64,000 nucleotides of DNA, from contig JBBRHU010000001.1 of the NCBI GenBank assembly GCA_038222255.1, forward strand, positions 8,031 to 72,030. Direction: 5' to 3'. The position numbers and the translations under genes were made by a program. Of the stretch, positions 1 through 9,566 are shown in pieces (position 1 is the first letter of the stretch; every line of letters starts with the position of its first letter). The notes beneath the pieces are model-generated. The model saw only the letters and a list, made by a program, of their open reading frames with translations, was not told the origin of the DNA and ran no database searches. Source of the DNA: Fimbriimonadales bacterium. GTDB taxonomy: Bacteria; Armatimonadota; Fimbriimonadia; Fimbriimonadales; Fimbriimonadaceae.

Positions 1-469
1 TTGTAAATGGAGTTCGGTCAAGCGTCACCTGTTCGCGAGGAATGATGCGCGAACTATGGTCAAGGGAGTAGCTGGTGTCGTCGATGGGTTGGAATTCAAT
101 CACGCGGGATTCATCCATCATCACATGGCCATCATGGCGCACCCACTCTAGTTGGAAAGTGATCCGAACTCCACCCGTCTTAGTGGGTTCAATCGTAGGT
201 GGCGCGGTTGCTCTCTGGGTGTTGTGTGGCCCTGATTCGCCTTCTTCCCAGAAGTTCTCTCCGTTCACAAACTTGATTGCAAACCACAGTCCACGATGCC
301 AATCGTGATCGCTCGGCTGAAAATTCGAAAGCACACGCCCCGTTACAGTGCAAAGAGGATGAAAGAAGGGTTTCGGCGCACTGGAGTAGTCCAGCGTGAA
401 CACTCGCGCCGCGTCGAGCGAGACGCTCAACGCCTTCCCGAATTCATGGTGGATCGAGATCGCAGCCAT
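1..469 (-). CDS. PmoA-family (DUF6807-like) protein, runs off the left edge
   Basis: Not in the ORF track. Manual translation from the ATG at 469 gives MAAISIHHEFG...KPFFHPLCTVTG...QPSDHDWHRGLWFAIKFVNGENFWEE. The KPxFHPL / DHxxHRGLWF / VNGxxFW pattern fits this family. Frame is open to position 1. Confidence 0.7.
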   Translation of the reverse strand, partial: MAAISIHHEFGKALSVSLDAARVFTLDYSSAPKPFFHPLCTVTGRVLSNFQPSDHDWHRGLWFAIKFVNGENFWEEGESGPHNTQRATAPPTIEPTKTGGVRITFQLEWVRHDGHVMMDESRVIEFQPIDDTSYSLDHSSRIIPREQVTLDRTPFT

Positions 470-533
470 CTTGGGTCACGGTACCCCACGCTTTTCTGTT
501 CGGGCTAAACTGACCAATCAGGATTGATCACCG

Positions 534-2027
534 ATGCTCACCCTAGCGCTTGCATTAACTGTCGCCCAAAGCAGTCGACCGAATATCGTCTTCATCTTCA
601 CAGATGACCACGCTCGACAGGCGATCTCTGCCTATGGCTCTCGGTTGATGCAGACTCCAGCCATAGATCGGCTAGCTCGAGAAGGGGTGCGGTTTGACCG
701 TCACTACACAACGAACCCGCTCTGCGCCCCGAGCCGTGCGACAATCCTTACTGGGAAGTTCAGCCACCTGAACGGACACAAGGACAACTCGCAGTCGTTC
801 AATGGTGCTCAAGAGACCTTTCCGAAACTCCTCCAAGCGGCTGGCTATGAGACCGCGTGGATCGGGAAATGGCATCTTCAGTCGAATCCAACGGGGTTTA
901 GCCACTGGGAGATCTTGCCGGGGCAAGGCAATTACTACAACCCTGACTTCATTACCCCAGCTGGCACCCACCGCGAAGAGGGTTATGCGACCGAATTGAT
1001 TACAGAAAAGGCAAAATCTTGGATCAAAGAGCAAGGTCGCAAGCCGTTCTTCTTGATGATTGGACACAAGGCTCCTCATAGAAATTGGGTCCCTTCCTTG
1101 AGCAAGATAGACCTCTTCAAAGACCAACGGTTTGCTCCTCCTGCTGACCTGAGACGAGACTACAGGGAGTTGAATTCTGGTGCAGCAAAGGCAAAGATGC
1201 GTATTGCAGACCACCTTTCGATGGACGGAGACTTATTGATCGACAAGGCGCCGCCGAGGATCACAGCTGAGCAGCGAAGTGTGTGGGACGTGAAGATGAA
1301 ACCGCAGGACGCCGAGATTAGGCGCAGGCTGGCGGCAGGTGAGTCAAAGACGGATGTTATTTACGATCGGTACATCAAGAACTACCTGCGTTGCGTGAGT
1401 TCCGTCGACGACAGCATCAGCGAGGTGCTGAAGACACTCCAAGAACTGAGGCTTGACAAGAACACCATCGTGATCTACAGTTCAGATCAGGGCTTCTTTC
1501 TTGGAGAATTTGGCTGGTACGACAAGCGGTGGTTCTATGAACCGTCCTCTGGAACTCCGCTGATTGTTCGTTGGCCAGGAGTGAAGCCTGGGGTTGTGGA
1601 TAGCTTGACAAGCAACATCGATCTCGCCCCCACGATCCTAGATGCCGCTGGAGTTCGAACACCGAAAGAGATGCAAGGCACCTCACTTCGAAACCTCATC
1701 AAGACCAAGAAGGCCGACCCAAATCAAGTGGTTTACGGCCACTTTTACGAGAGCGACGACTCCGACCACCAGGCACCCAAATACGTTTCAGTCATGCGGG
1801 GAAGCATGAAACTCATCTACTACTACGAACTCGATGAGTGGGAACTCTTCGACATAAAGACCGACAGTGGTGAGCACCACAACCTCTGGAACGCCCCCAA
1901 TAATCAGGACAAGCGCATGGAGTGGGCAAACTTGCTTCTAGCCACTCAGAAGCGGTATGCCGAAGACCCTCAACTCATCAAGAGAATTGGTGCTAAGGTC
2001 TCAAAATTGCTCTACCACCGCTCCTGA
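534..2027 (+). CDS. Secreted sulfatase (formylglycine-dependent, S1 type)
   Basis: Signal-peptide-like N-terminus; RPNIVFIFTDDH; CAPSRA signature; GKWHL; SDQG. Confidence 0.93.
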   Translation: MLTLALALTVAQSSRPNIVFIFTDDHARQAISAYGSRLMQTPAIDRLAREGVRFDRHYTTNPLCAPSRATILTGKFSHLNGHKDNSQSFNGAQETFPKLLQAAGYETAWIGKWHLQSNPTGFSHWEILPGQGNYYNPDFITPAGTHREEGYATELITEKAKSWIKEQGRKPFFLMIGHKAPHRNWVPSLSKIDLFKDQRFAPPADLRRDYRELNSGAAKAKMRIADHLSMDGDLLIDKAPPRITAEQRSVWDVKMKPQDAEIRRRLAAGESKTDVIYDRYIKNYLRCVSSVDDSISEVLKTLQELRLDKNTIVIYSSDQGFFLGEFGWYDKRWFYEPSSGTPLIVRWPGVKPGVVDSLTSNIDLAPTILDAAGVRTPKEMQGTSLRNLIKTKKADPNQVVYGHFYESDDSDHQAPKYVSVMRGSMKLIYYYELDEWELFDIKTDSGEHHNLWNAPNNQDKRMEWANLLLATQKRYAEDPQLIKRIGAKVSKLLYHRS

Positions 2028-2311
2028 TGTGTTGTGTTTCTTAGGGTGTCCATCGCATCTGAAACGGCGATATGAGCGTCCGGGTAAGCCCAAGCGGGGC
2101 CAAAGAATCAATCAGAAACTCGACTGGTCCTTTGCGTGGAATTCTTTAAGTTCGGTCGAGAAACCCTTACGCAAACGCCCAGAGCAAGCGGCGTCCATGT
2201 TCCTTTCGTCGTTTAGTCCGCTTCGTAATCAGGGCTCTGCTCATCGCAGCCTGTGAGTTCAGGAGCCCGACTACTTCGGCTCCCCTTCCCCTACTCGATC
2301 ATACTGGTGAG

Positions 2312-2950
2312 GTGCTGCTCCTCGCGCTTTTTCCACTCACCACTACTCGGACTCTGACCATTTCTGGTGGATTTCAAACCCAGGGAACCTTGGTGATTTC
2401 CAGGGCCATTAACGCGACGGGTGAGATTGAGTGGAGCGAAAAGACGACTTGGGCCGACAAGGACACCATCAACCTCGTGCGGCGGTACAGCAAAGAGGGG
2501 AATCTACTGTCCTGGACCTCCGAAAATGTCCATGGAACGCGGCAGCGAGTTCGCGAGACGGACGCCTGGTCCGTCAAGCCACAAGCCGAAGGATTCCGCA
2601 TCTCCATGGATCTCTTCAAGAATTCGAAGGTCGCGTATTCGAAGCTGGACAAAGTTGACGCCGTGGACACCAGCATTTTGTGGTGGAACGGAACTCTGCC
2701 CAAACTCGCAGACTCAGTCCGATCCGTCACTCTCATTACTGAGGTCGGATCCGGTCGCCTTGAGTCACTCCTCATCACCTATCGTTCCGACGAAATGATT
2801 CGCGGAATTCCTACTCACCGAGTCACTCGTGAAGGCAAAACAGTCAGCGTTACCTGGTGGCTAGATGATGAAGGGATGCCGATCCGGCGCACTTTCTGGA
2901 CGAGGAATGAAAAGGACCCGCACCGAGTTGACGTGCTAAAAGCTTTGTAA
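2312..2950 (+). CDS. Hypothetical exported protein
   Basis: 212-aa ORF with short hydrophobic N-terminus and beta-rich character; no motif recognised. Confidence 0.55.
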   Translation: MLLLALFPLTTTRTLTISGGFQTQGTLVISRAINATGEIEWSEKTTWADKDTINLVRRYSKEGNLLSWTSENVHGTRQRVRETDAWSVKPQAEGFRISMDLFKNSKVAYSKLDKVDAVDTSILWWNGTLPKLADSVRSVTLITEVGSGRLESLLITYRSDEMIRGIPTHRVTREGKTVSVTWWLDDEGMPIRRTFWTRNEKDPHRVDVLKAL

Positions 2951-3426
2951 CCGAGCACCTCAGGTCGGATCACTTTTGGTCATCAATGTGACGTCCAGAG
3001 CCGACAGTCTTCAACTCTGAAGAGAAGCTCGAAAAAACTGAGCAAGCTCAAAGATGAATTTCTGAGCACAGACATCTACTGATGTTGGCCGAGCCCACAA
3101 TGCCCAAACCCCTCACTAGACTTGTTTCGCTCACACAGAGTGAGCGAAACAAGTGGGCAAAGGAGCAAACCAAAAGGGAGACTCTCGAACACCCGCGGAT
3201 GTCGAAAAAGGGGCTAGCCAGCATGAATTATTTATGCGGACAGTTCCAAACTAGAAGCAAGGACCAGCCGTGCTGAAGGCCAAAGAAGACCTACAATTTG
3301 AACCTGTTGAACTAAGGCGGTCAGTATACTGCACTACGTGCTTGTGGTAGAGGTGAATCAAGACGTCTTCAGAACTCTGCCGTGCCTATGTGATCCGCCT
3401 GATATGATAGTTTCCAGGAGCTGTTA

Positions 3427-5388
3427 ATGGTGAATTTTGAGAGGATAAAGTCGTCATTTCATAAACCAGCCTGGCGATGGGTTGGATTCATCAAAGCCGC
3501 TGCAATCGACAGCAGCGTTCTCGTGGTCGCCTTGTTGCTCTCGATGCTCCTGATTTCGACAGCCGGTCAGCCGACTGTATCCGCTGGAGTCATCGTTGCC
3601 GGCTGCGCGATCAATGTCCTGGTTGGGATCTGGTGCCTTATTTGGCGCAACCAGTATTCAACCAATCTGCGCTACTTCGGATTTTATGATGTTCTAAACA
3701 TCGGGATCGCATCACTCTTTTTGGGAGCTGCTGGGGGCATCTTCTTTGCGCTCATGGGTTCGTCGCATCCATCGTTGCGGTTCCTTTATCCCATTCTTGA
3801 CATTCTTCTTTCGAGCTCAGGTCTTATTGGCGTCCGAATGATCCAGAGATATCTGGCATGGCAAGGCAAGCGTAGCGACGAGACCATCGCACGTGGAAAG
3901 CGAGTCCTGATTGTCGGTGCGGGAGATGCCGGTGAAGCGATTATTCGTGAAGTCCAGCGTGTCATCACAACAACGGTTGAGATCGTTGGTCTAGTGGATG
4001 ACCATCCACAGAAGCAATCCCTGCGTATTCACGGCGTACCAGTGCTGGGTCGGAGTGAGAACATTCCTGAGATTGCGGATCGTGTGGGCGTTGATGAGAT
4101 TTGGATCGCTATGCCGTCAGCATTTGGTCCAGAGATTCGGCGCGTTTTTGACATTGCGAACCAGGCTGACCTAAAGGTCCGAACCCTACCTGTAGTGAGT
4201 TCCCTTGTCAGCACTGCTCAAAAGCCGCTTATGAAGCAGCTTCGTGAAGTTGAAATCCAAGACCTGCTGCGACGCCAGCCGGTGAAAATCAATCTGGACG
4301 AGGTCGCAGAGTATCTTGCCGACGAACACGTTTTGGTCACTGGCGCGGGTGGATCAATCGGTAGTGAGATCGCGCGACAGGTCGCTCAGATGAACCCTGC
4401 CAGTCTGATACTGGTCGGTAAGGGCGAGAACAGCATCTATGAGATCGAGCAAGAACTCATTCAAACGCTGGGAATCACTCCTTACACTATCATCGCCGAC
4501 GTTCGTGATCGGAGCTCCATGGAGCTTATCTATGAGCGTTACCGGCCAACAGTTGTGTTTCATGCAGCAGCCCATAAGCATGTACCGCTGATGGAAAAGA
4601 ACCCTCGCGAGGCGATTCTCAATAACATTCAAGGAACCTTCGTGACGGCCGAGCTCGCCGTAAACTACGGAGTCAAGAAGTTCATCTTGATTTCAACCGA
4701 CAAGGCGGTCAAACCCTCCAGCGTAATGGGGGCCTCGAAGCGCATCTGCGAAATGATTGTTTGCGCCCTGGGTCAGTCCAGCGAAGTTGAATTTGCGGCT
4801 GTTCGATTCGGAAATGTACTTGGAAGTCGAGGCTCGCTGATCCCGCTTCTGCAGGCTCAAATTCGTCGAGGTGGTCCTGTCACGATCACGCACAAGGACA
4901 TGTCTCGGTTCTTCATGAGCATTCCTGAAGCGTCGCAGCTCGTCTTGCAAGCAGGAGCAATCGGTAAGCGAGGCGAGGTCTTCATCCTAGACATGGGCGA
5001 GCCCATCAAGATTCTTGACCTGGCGATCGAGCTGATTCGAATGCACGGACTTACGCCTGGTGATGACATTCAAATCAAATTCACAGGCATGCGGCCCGGC
5101 GAGAAGATGCATGAAGAGCTCGTTTACGATCGAGAAGATCTTCAACCTACGGCCCACAGCAAGATTCGAATGGTTGGAAACCTTCAGCCGATCAGCTTGG
5201 CCCAGCTGAAGCAAGACATTGAGCAGCTCAAGAGCCTGTTCGATCAACCAGATCGACTTGTCAAGTTCCTCCAAGCCATGGCATGGGAGCAAAAGGCCAG
5301 CCCTGATTCAATCGACCTTGATTCAATCGACGAACCAATAAGATCCGAAAAGCTCGAACTCGGTGCCGGCAAGAATTCACCCTGCTGA
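3427..5388 (+). CDS. Membrane-bound UDP-GlcNAc 4,6-dehydratase (CapD/PglF/WbpM family)
   Basis: N-terminal TM helices; GAGDAG; GAGGSIGSE; HAAAHKHVP; STDKAV; RFGNVLGSRGS; RPGEK. Confidence 0.95.
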   Translation: MVNFERIKSSFHKPAWRWVGFIKAAAIDSSVLVVALLLSMLLISTAGQPTVSAGVIVAGCAINVLVGIWCLIWRNQYSTNLRYFGFYDVLNIGIASLFLGAAGGIFFALMGSSHPSLRFLYPILDILLSSSGLIGVRMIQRYLAWQGKRSDETIARGKRVLIVGAGDAGEAIIREVQRVITTTVEIVGLVDDHPQKQSLRIHGVPVLGRSENIPEIADRVGVDEIWIAMPSAFGPEIRRVFDIANQADLKVRTLPVVSSLVSTAQKPLMKQLREVEIQDLLRRQPVKINLDEVAEYLADEHVLVTGAGGSIGSEIARQVAQMNPASLILVGKGENSIYEIEQELIQTLGITPYTIIADVRDRSSMELIYERYRPTVVFHAAAHKHVPLMEKNPREAILNNIQGTFVTAELAVNYGVKKFILISTDKAVKPSSVMGASKRICEMIVCALGQSSEVEFAAVRFGNVLGSRGSLIPLLQAQIRRGGPVTITHKDMSRFFMSIPEASQLVLQAGAIGKRGEVFILDMGEPIKILDLAIELIRMHGLTPGDDIQIKFTGMRPGEKMHEELVYDREDLQPTAHSKIRMVGNLQPISLAQLKQDIEQLKSLFDQPDRLVKFLQAMAWEQKASPDSIDLDSIDEPIRSEKLELGAGKNSPC

Positions 5389-5492
5389 GTCCATTAAGGC
5401 GAGCCCATGGGCTTTCCTCACTAGAATGCTTGGAATGGGCAGATGCTAAGTGAGCAGTCAAGAATCTTGCTCGGGGTCTTCGGTAAAATTCT

Positions 5493-6158
5493 TTGAGTGT
5501 GCTTGACGCTTGCGAAGTACCGGAACATACAGACGACGCTCTGGAGCAACGCAACTTGAGAACCTACGAAGTCATAAAGCGGTGCTTCGACTTCTGCGTT
5601 GCCTTGATCGCAATTCTCATCTTTGCGCTTCCGATGCTTGTCATCGCGATAATCATAAAAGCCACCTCTTCTGGCCCCATTCTTTACCGCGCAAAACGGA
5701 ATGGAAGGAATCAAGTTCCTTTTGAGCAATTGAAGTTTCGATCGATGATTGTCAACGCGCCCGACCTTCGAAATCCAGACGGGTCAACGCTAAGCACCAA
5801 GGACGATCCTCGAGTCACCAAGATCGGACGCATCATGCGTAAGCTCAGCCTTGATGAGCTCCCCCAGTTTTTCAATGTTCTAAAGGGTGAAATGAGCTTC
5901 GTCGGTCCCAGGCCGGATCCCCTCGCGGTTGTTGATCTTTATCGTCCGGAGGATTTCGGTCGGTTGACAGTGATGCCAGGAATCACGGGCTGGGCAATCG
6001 TTCACGGACGAAACCATATCCCCTGGGAGAAGCGGCGAGACTACGACCTTGAGTACGTCCAAATTCGCTCGCTCCGACTCGACCTCATCATCTTGGTCAA
6101 AACCGTTTGGATGGTCTTCAACCGAACCGGTGTGAACACTCCATCGGAGAATGCGTGA
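5493..6158 (+). CDS. Initiating phosphoglycosyl transferase (PglC-type monotopic sugar transferase)
   Basis: KRxFD; KFRSM; DDPRVT; SLDELPQFFNVLKGEMSFVGPRP; PGITGWA. Confidence 0.93.
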   Translation: MSVLDACEVPEHTDDALEQRNLRTYEVIKRCFDFCVALIAILIFALPMLVIAIIIKATSSGPILYRAKRNGRNQVPFEQLKFRSMIVNAPDLRNPDGSTLSTKDDPRVTKIGRIMRKLSLDELPQFFNVLKGEMSFVGPRPDPLAVVDLYRPEDFGRLTVMPGITGWAIVHGRNHIPWEKRRDYDLEYVQIRSLRLDLIILVKTVWMVFNRTGVNTPSENA

Positions 6159-7054
6159 TCTTTCTCGTTACCGGTGCCTCAGGTCTTCTCGGTAGTCAAG
6201 TTGTTCGAGACCTCAAGGCGGAAGGGCATGAGGTCGTCGCCCTCTCCCGAAAGCAGCGGCGAGATGTGCCTGCAGACACATGGATTGAGGCTGACCTTGT
6301 TGATGTTGACTGGGACGCGGTCATGCCCCAAGTCGATGGAATCGCTGCAATCGCGGGATCGCTTGACATGAGGAGTTCCGTAGAGGCATGGCAGTCCTGC
6401 CTCGATGTCAATGTTATTGGACTCAAGAGGCTTGTCGACTTTGCGATAGGTCGAAAGATCGAGCGGTTCGTTTTCACATCCTCGGCTGGACTCTATCGCC
6501 GCCCCGCTCGCCATCTACCTATTTCTGAGACTGATGAGATCCTCCCGCTCCGCCCCTATTGGACTTCCAAACTATTCGCGGAGCAACTGCTGCAGAGCGA
6601 TGAAGTACGTTCAAAGCTGAAGCCGTGGATTCTCCGACTGTCATCCCCCTACGGTCCAGAGTCAGCGACCCGTTCGGTCTTGCCAATTTTTGTTGATCGG
6701 GCAAAAAAAGGCGAGAGCCTCACGATCAAAGGCGAAGGCAGACGTTCTCAAGACTTTGTTTCTGTCTGGGATGCGTCTAGCGCACATGTTAAGTGCTTGA
6801 CGACGGAAGCAATTTCGAGTTCCCCCATGAATCTGGGAGGTGGGCAGGAGATATCAATGCTCGAGCTTGCTACGACCATCAACCAAGTTTTCGAGAATCA
6901 AGCCGAGACCCCCCTTCTTCGTGATGCCGCTGACGGCTCGGATGATGACCGCTTTGTTCTTGATATTTCGGCGTTAAGAGGTGCGATCGGACATAGTCCG
7001 ATGCCACTACTCAATGGCCTGGAGAGAATGCGAGAGGAGATGTTGCAAGTATGA
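6155..7054 (+). CDS. NAD-dependent epimerase/dehydratase (extended SDR)
   Basis: VTGASGLLG and YWTSK (YxxxK). Start moved to the GTG at 6155, which overlaps the upstream TGA (GTGA coupling). Confidence 0.85.
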   Translation: MIFLVTGASGLLGSQVVRDLKAEGHEVVALSRKQRRDVPADTWIEADLVDVDWDAVMPQVDGIAAIAGSLDMRSSVEAWQSCLDVNVIGLKRLVDFAIGRKIERFVFTSSAGLYRRPARHLPISETDEILPLRPYWTSKLFAEQLLQSDEVRSKLKPWILRLSSPYGPESATRSVLPIFVDRAKKGESLTIKGEGRRSQDFVSVWDASSAHVKCLTTEAISSSPMNLGGGQEISMLELATTINQVFENQAETPLLRDAADGSDDDRFVLDISALRGAIGHSPMPLLNGLERMREEMLQV

Positions 7055-8058
7055 AGACACGAGTAATGATCACGGGCACCGGCCCTCTAGGCGTAGGCGA
7101 GGGACTCGTTCGATGCCTCAAGTTGGTTAGTGATCAGTATGAGATCTGGGCAGGAAACATGGATGAATCTGCCGCCTCACTCTATGAGTGCGACTACGGT
7201 ATTGTCTTGCCAAAAGCGTCGGACCCTGGCTATTTAGAAAGCGTCTGTAAAGCTGTCGATCATTCGAGAGCAGAGTTTTTGATTCCCGGTTCCGAGCCCG
7301 AGTTGGTTGCCCTATCTCAGCACAGAGACGAATTCGAGAAGCGAAACTGCCACCTCCTTGCCAATCCTCCAAGCGTGGTCGAGATTGGTGATGATAAGTT
7401 CAAGACGTTCGAATTCCTCACGAAGGCGGGAATTCGAACTCCTCTCACCACGCTTGATATCACCCTCGAAAATGCAAAGAGCATGGGGTTCCCGGTCGTT
7501 TACAAGGCCCGCTCAGGTGGTGGTGGAAAGAACGTCTTCATCCTTAGAAGCGAAGAAGACTTCACCAATGCTCAGCAACAGATGGAGACGAAAGGCATCG
7601 CCATGATGCTCCAAGAGTACATCGGAGACGCTGACTCTGAGTTCACAGCAAGTGCGCTTACTGACCTTAAGGGCAACCTGATCGGGACGTTCGCAGCCCG
7701 ACGAACTTTGCTCGGTGGAGCGACCTCGACGGTACACATTGAAGACTTTCCAGTGATCAGAAAGATGGCGCTGGACGTCGCCCAAGCGATCGGTGCTTTG
7801 GGATCGATCAACATCCAATGCCGATTGACGCCAAGCGGGCCATCTCTGTTTGAGATCAACCCTCGGTTCAGTGGTAGCGCACCCTTCAGAGCTCTCGCAG
7901 GCTTCAATGAGGCCCATTTGCTGATCAGCTCGATCCTCAACGGCAGCCCAGTTGAAGTCCCCCCGATCAGTTACGGAACCTTTGGAATACGCTCGTTCTC
8001 TGAGAGCCTCTTCCCCATCACCGACAAGGATCGGCTCATGCGATTCTCAACACCGTGA
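7051..8058 (+). CDS. ATP-grasp fold ligase
   Basis: LIPGSEPEL; DDKFKT; FPVVYKARSGGG; LQEYI; FEINPRFSG. ATGA coupling to the upstream gene. Confidence 0.88.
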   Translation: MKTRVMITGTGPLGVGEGLVRCLKLVSDQYEIWAGNMDESAASLYECDYGIVLPKASDPGYLESVCKAVDHSRAEFLIPGSEPELVALSQHRDEFEKRNCHLLANPPSVVEIGDDKFKTFEFLTKAGIRTPLTTLDITLENAKSMGFPVVYKARSGGGGKNVFILRSEEDFTNAQQQMETKGIAMMLQEYIGDADSEFTASALTDLKGNLIGTFAARRTLLGGATSTVHIEDFPVIRKMALDVAQAIGALGSINIQCRLTPSGPSLFEINPRFSGSAPFRALAGFNEAHLLISSILNGSPVEVPPISYGTFGIRSFSESLFPITDKDRLMRFSTP

Positions 8059-8744
8059 AAGTAGCTTTCTTCTCCGACGTTCACGCAAACTTCGAGGCAC
8101 TCAAGGCGATGCTCGCGAGTTCGGAAGACTGTGCGGAGAGGTACTGCTGCGGGGACCTGGTCGGCTATGGAGATCGACCAAATGAGGTTGTGGATGAGAT
8201 TCGACAACTTCAGATCCCCACGGTCATTGGTAACCACGATCTCTTTGCTCTCGGCCGCCTGGAATACAATCAAGCCAGGGATTCCCTCTACCGGGCATCA
8301 TGGACCCGCTCAGTGCTAAATCAAGAGCACGCTGATTGGCTCGGCGCACTACCATCCAAGATTGAACTTGATGGACCGAGGATCACCCTCACCCATGCGT
8401 CGCCATGGGATGTTCAGACTTACCTGTATCCAGACTCAGAGCAATTGCTGAAGGCAATTCCAGAGGATGGTTCGACGCTTGTGGTTGGCCATTGTCACCA
8501 CGCCTACGTTTGTCCAGGGCCAAATGGAACGGTGGTTAACTGCGGTTCTGTAGGCTTCCCTCGCTCTGGAACGGCCGGAGCTCAATACATGGTGCTCGAG
8601 ACGGCGACAGGAGCCTGGAGCCACCGATGTGCGACCTACGACATCGAAGCCCTCGCCGAGCGGCTGACCGCTGAAGACTGGCACCCAGATGTCATTGCCA
8701 AGCTTTTGAGTCCGCAGGCTAAACCAACGCCGCGGTCTGACTGA
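8055..8744 (+). CDS. Calcineurin-like metallophosphoesterase
   Basis: SDVHAN; GDLVGYG; GNHD; HASP; GHCH; NCGSVG. Confidence 0.9.
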   Translation: MKVAFFSDVHANFEALKAMLASSEDCAERYCCGDLVGYGDRPNEVVDEIRQLQIPTVIGNHDLFALGRLEYNQARDSLYRASWTRSVLNQEHADWLGALPSKIELDGPRITLTHASPWDVQTYLYPDSEQLLKAIPEDGSTLVVGHCHHAYVCPGPNGTVVNCGSVGFPRSGTAGAQYMVLETATGAWSHRCATYDIEALAERLTAEDWHPDVIAKLLSPQAKPTPRSD

Positions 8745-8756
8745 AACGGGGTCGTT

Positions 8757-9080
8757 TCAGTCAGACAAAGCTAGCACGGACATAAATTCCTCTGGAGCAT
8801 CGAAGATTTGCAACAACCTCATCGTCGGCTTGCTTGGCTTCCTCGCGCCTTGCTCCCAACTTTGAAGAGTCTTCACATTGACCGCAAGAAGATTTGCAAA
8901 CTGCGCTTGGCTCATGTGGCGTCGGGTTCTGATCGCGACAACCTCGTCACTGGAATATGAGCGTCCGGTTGGCACAACGGTCGTGGCGAGGTTCATATCT
9001 CCTCGCGCATATTCGATTCCTTCGAGCAGACCATGCTTGAGTCGGAGGGCAAGTGGGCTTCGATTATTTGGGGTGCTCAT
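8757..9080 (-). CDS. Xre/HTH antitoxin (HigA-like)
   Basis: MSQAQFANLLAVNVKTLQSWEQG HTH; 4-bp overlap with the upstream toxin gene. Confidence 0.85.
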   Translation of the reverse strand: MSTPNNRSPLALRLKHGLLEGIEYARGDMNLATTVVPTGRSYSSDEVVAIRTRRHMSQAQFANLLAVNVKTLQSWEQGARKPSKPTMRLLQIFDAPEEFMSVLALSD

Positions 9081-9448
9081 AGCTTTCCTCGATTGTGACG
9101 TTCTCTCAATTCCTCAATAAGGTGCCTCGCCAGTGCTTGCAACTCCTTCTTTTCGTCTGTTGTCAAGTCGTCTACTTCGTCTTTTCCGTACACGTCCAGC
9201 ATAAACAGGACGGTGAGTTCAGGGATATGGAGGTAGATCACTCGCAATCCGCCGCGCTTTCCCATTCCACGCCTTTTGTCTCCCCACCTCAGTTTCCGTA
9301 GTGGTGAGGCACCGGGAATAGCATGGCCCTTGTCGGGATGCTCAGCCAACTCCGCTTGGAAGCCAGTGTAAGCCTCGTCACTTCCGAAGTAGACCTTGAC
9401 TGCCCTTGAGAAGCCGACAGCCTCGATGAAGAGGTAGGTCCTGCTCAT
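9077..9448 (-). CDS. RelE/HigB-family toxin
   Basis: FIE...PDKGHAIPG...LRKLRW...GKRGGLRVIY...YGK...DL pattern; toxin-first gene order. Confidence 0.85.
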   Translation of the reverse strand: MSRTYLFIEAVGFSRAVKVYFGSDEAYTGFQAELAEHPDKGHAIPGASPLRKLRWGDKRRGMGKRGGLRVIYLHIPELTVLFMLDVYGKDEVDDLTTDEKKELQALARHLIEELRERHNRGKL

Positions 9449-9454
9449 GGGGCC

Positions 9455-9471
9455 ATCCTACTTTGTAGGAT
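9455..9471. promoter_or_regulatory. Palindromic operator of the TA operon
   Basis: ATCCTAC-TTT-GTAGGAT perfect inverted repeat 6 bp upstream of the toxin ATG, overlapping a -10-like TAGGAT on the minus strand. Confidence 0.6.
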
Positions 9472-9566
9472 ACCACGCGATGCGGATTTGTTCCTGCCGA
9501 GGCAAAGACATAGAACGGATGAGTCATAGCCTTCCGGTCGAGGTTCGGCCAGAAGGCGTCTTCAAC

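Noticed and set aside
2951-3426. Small ORF 3082..3276 or a JUMPstart/ops element in the long intergenic region
   Set aside because: No coding motif or RBS; GGCGGTCAG is only a partial match to ops.
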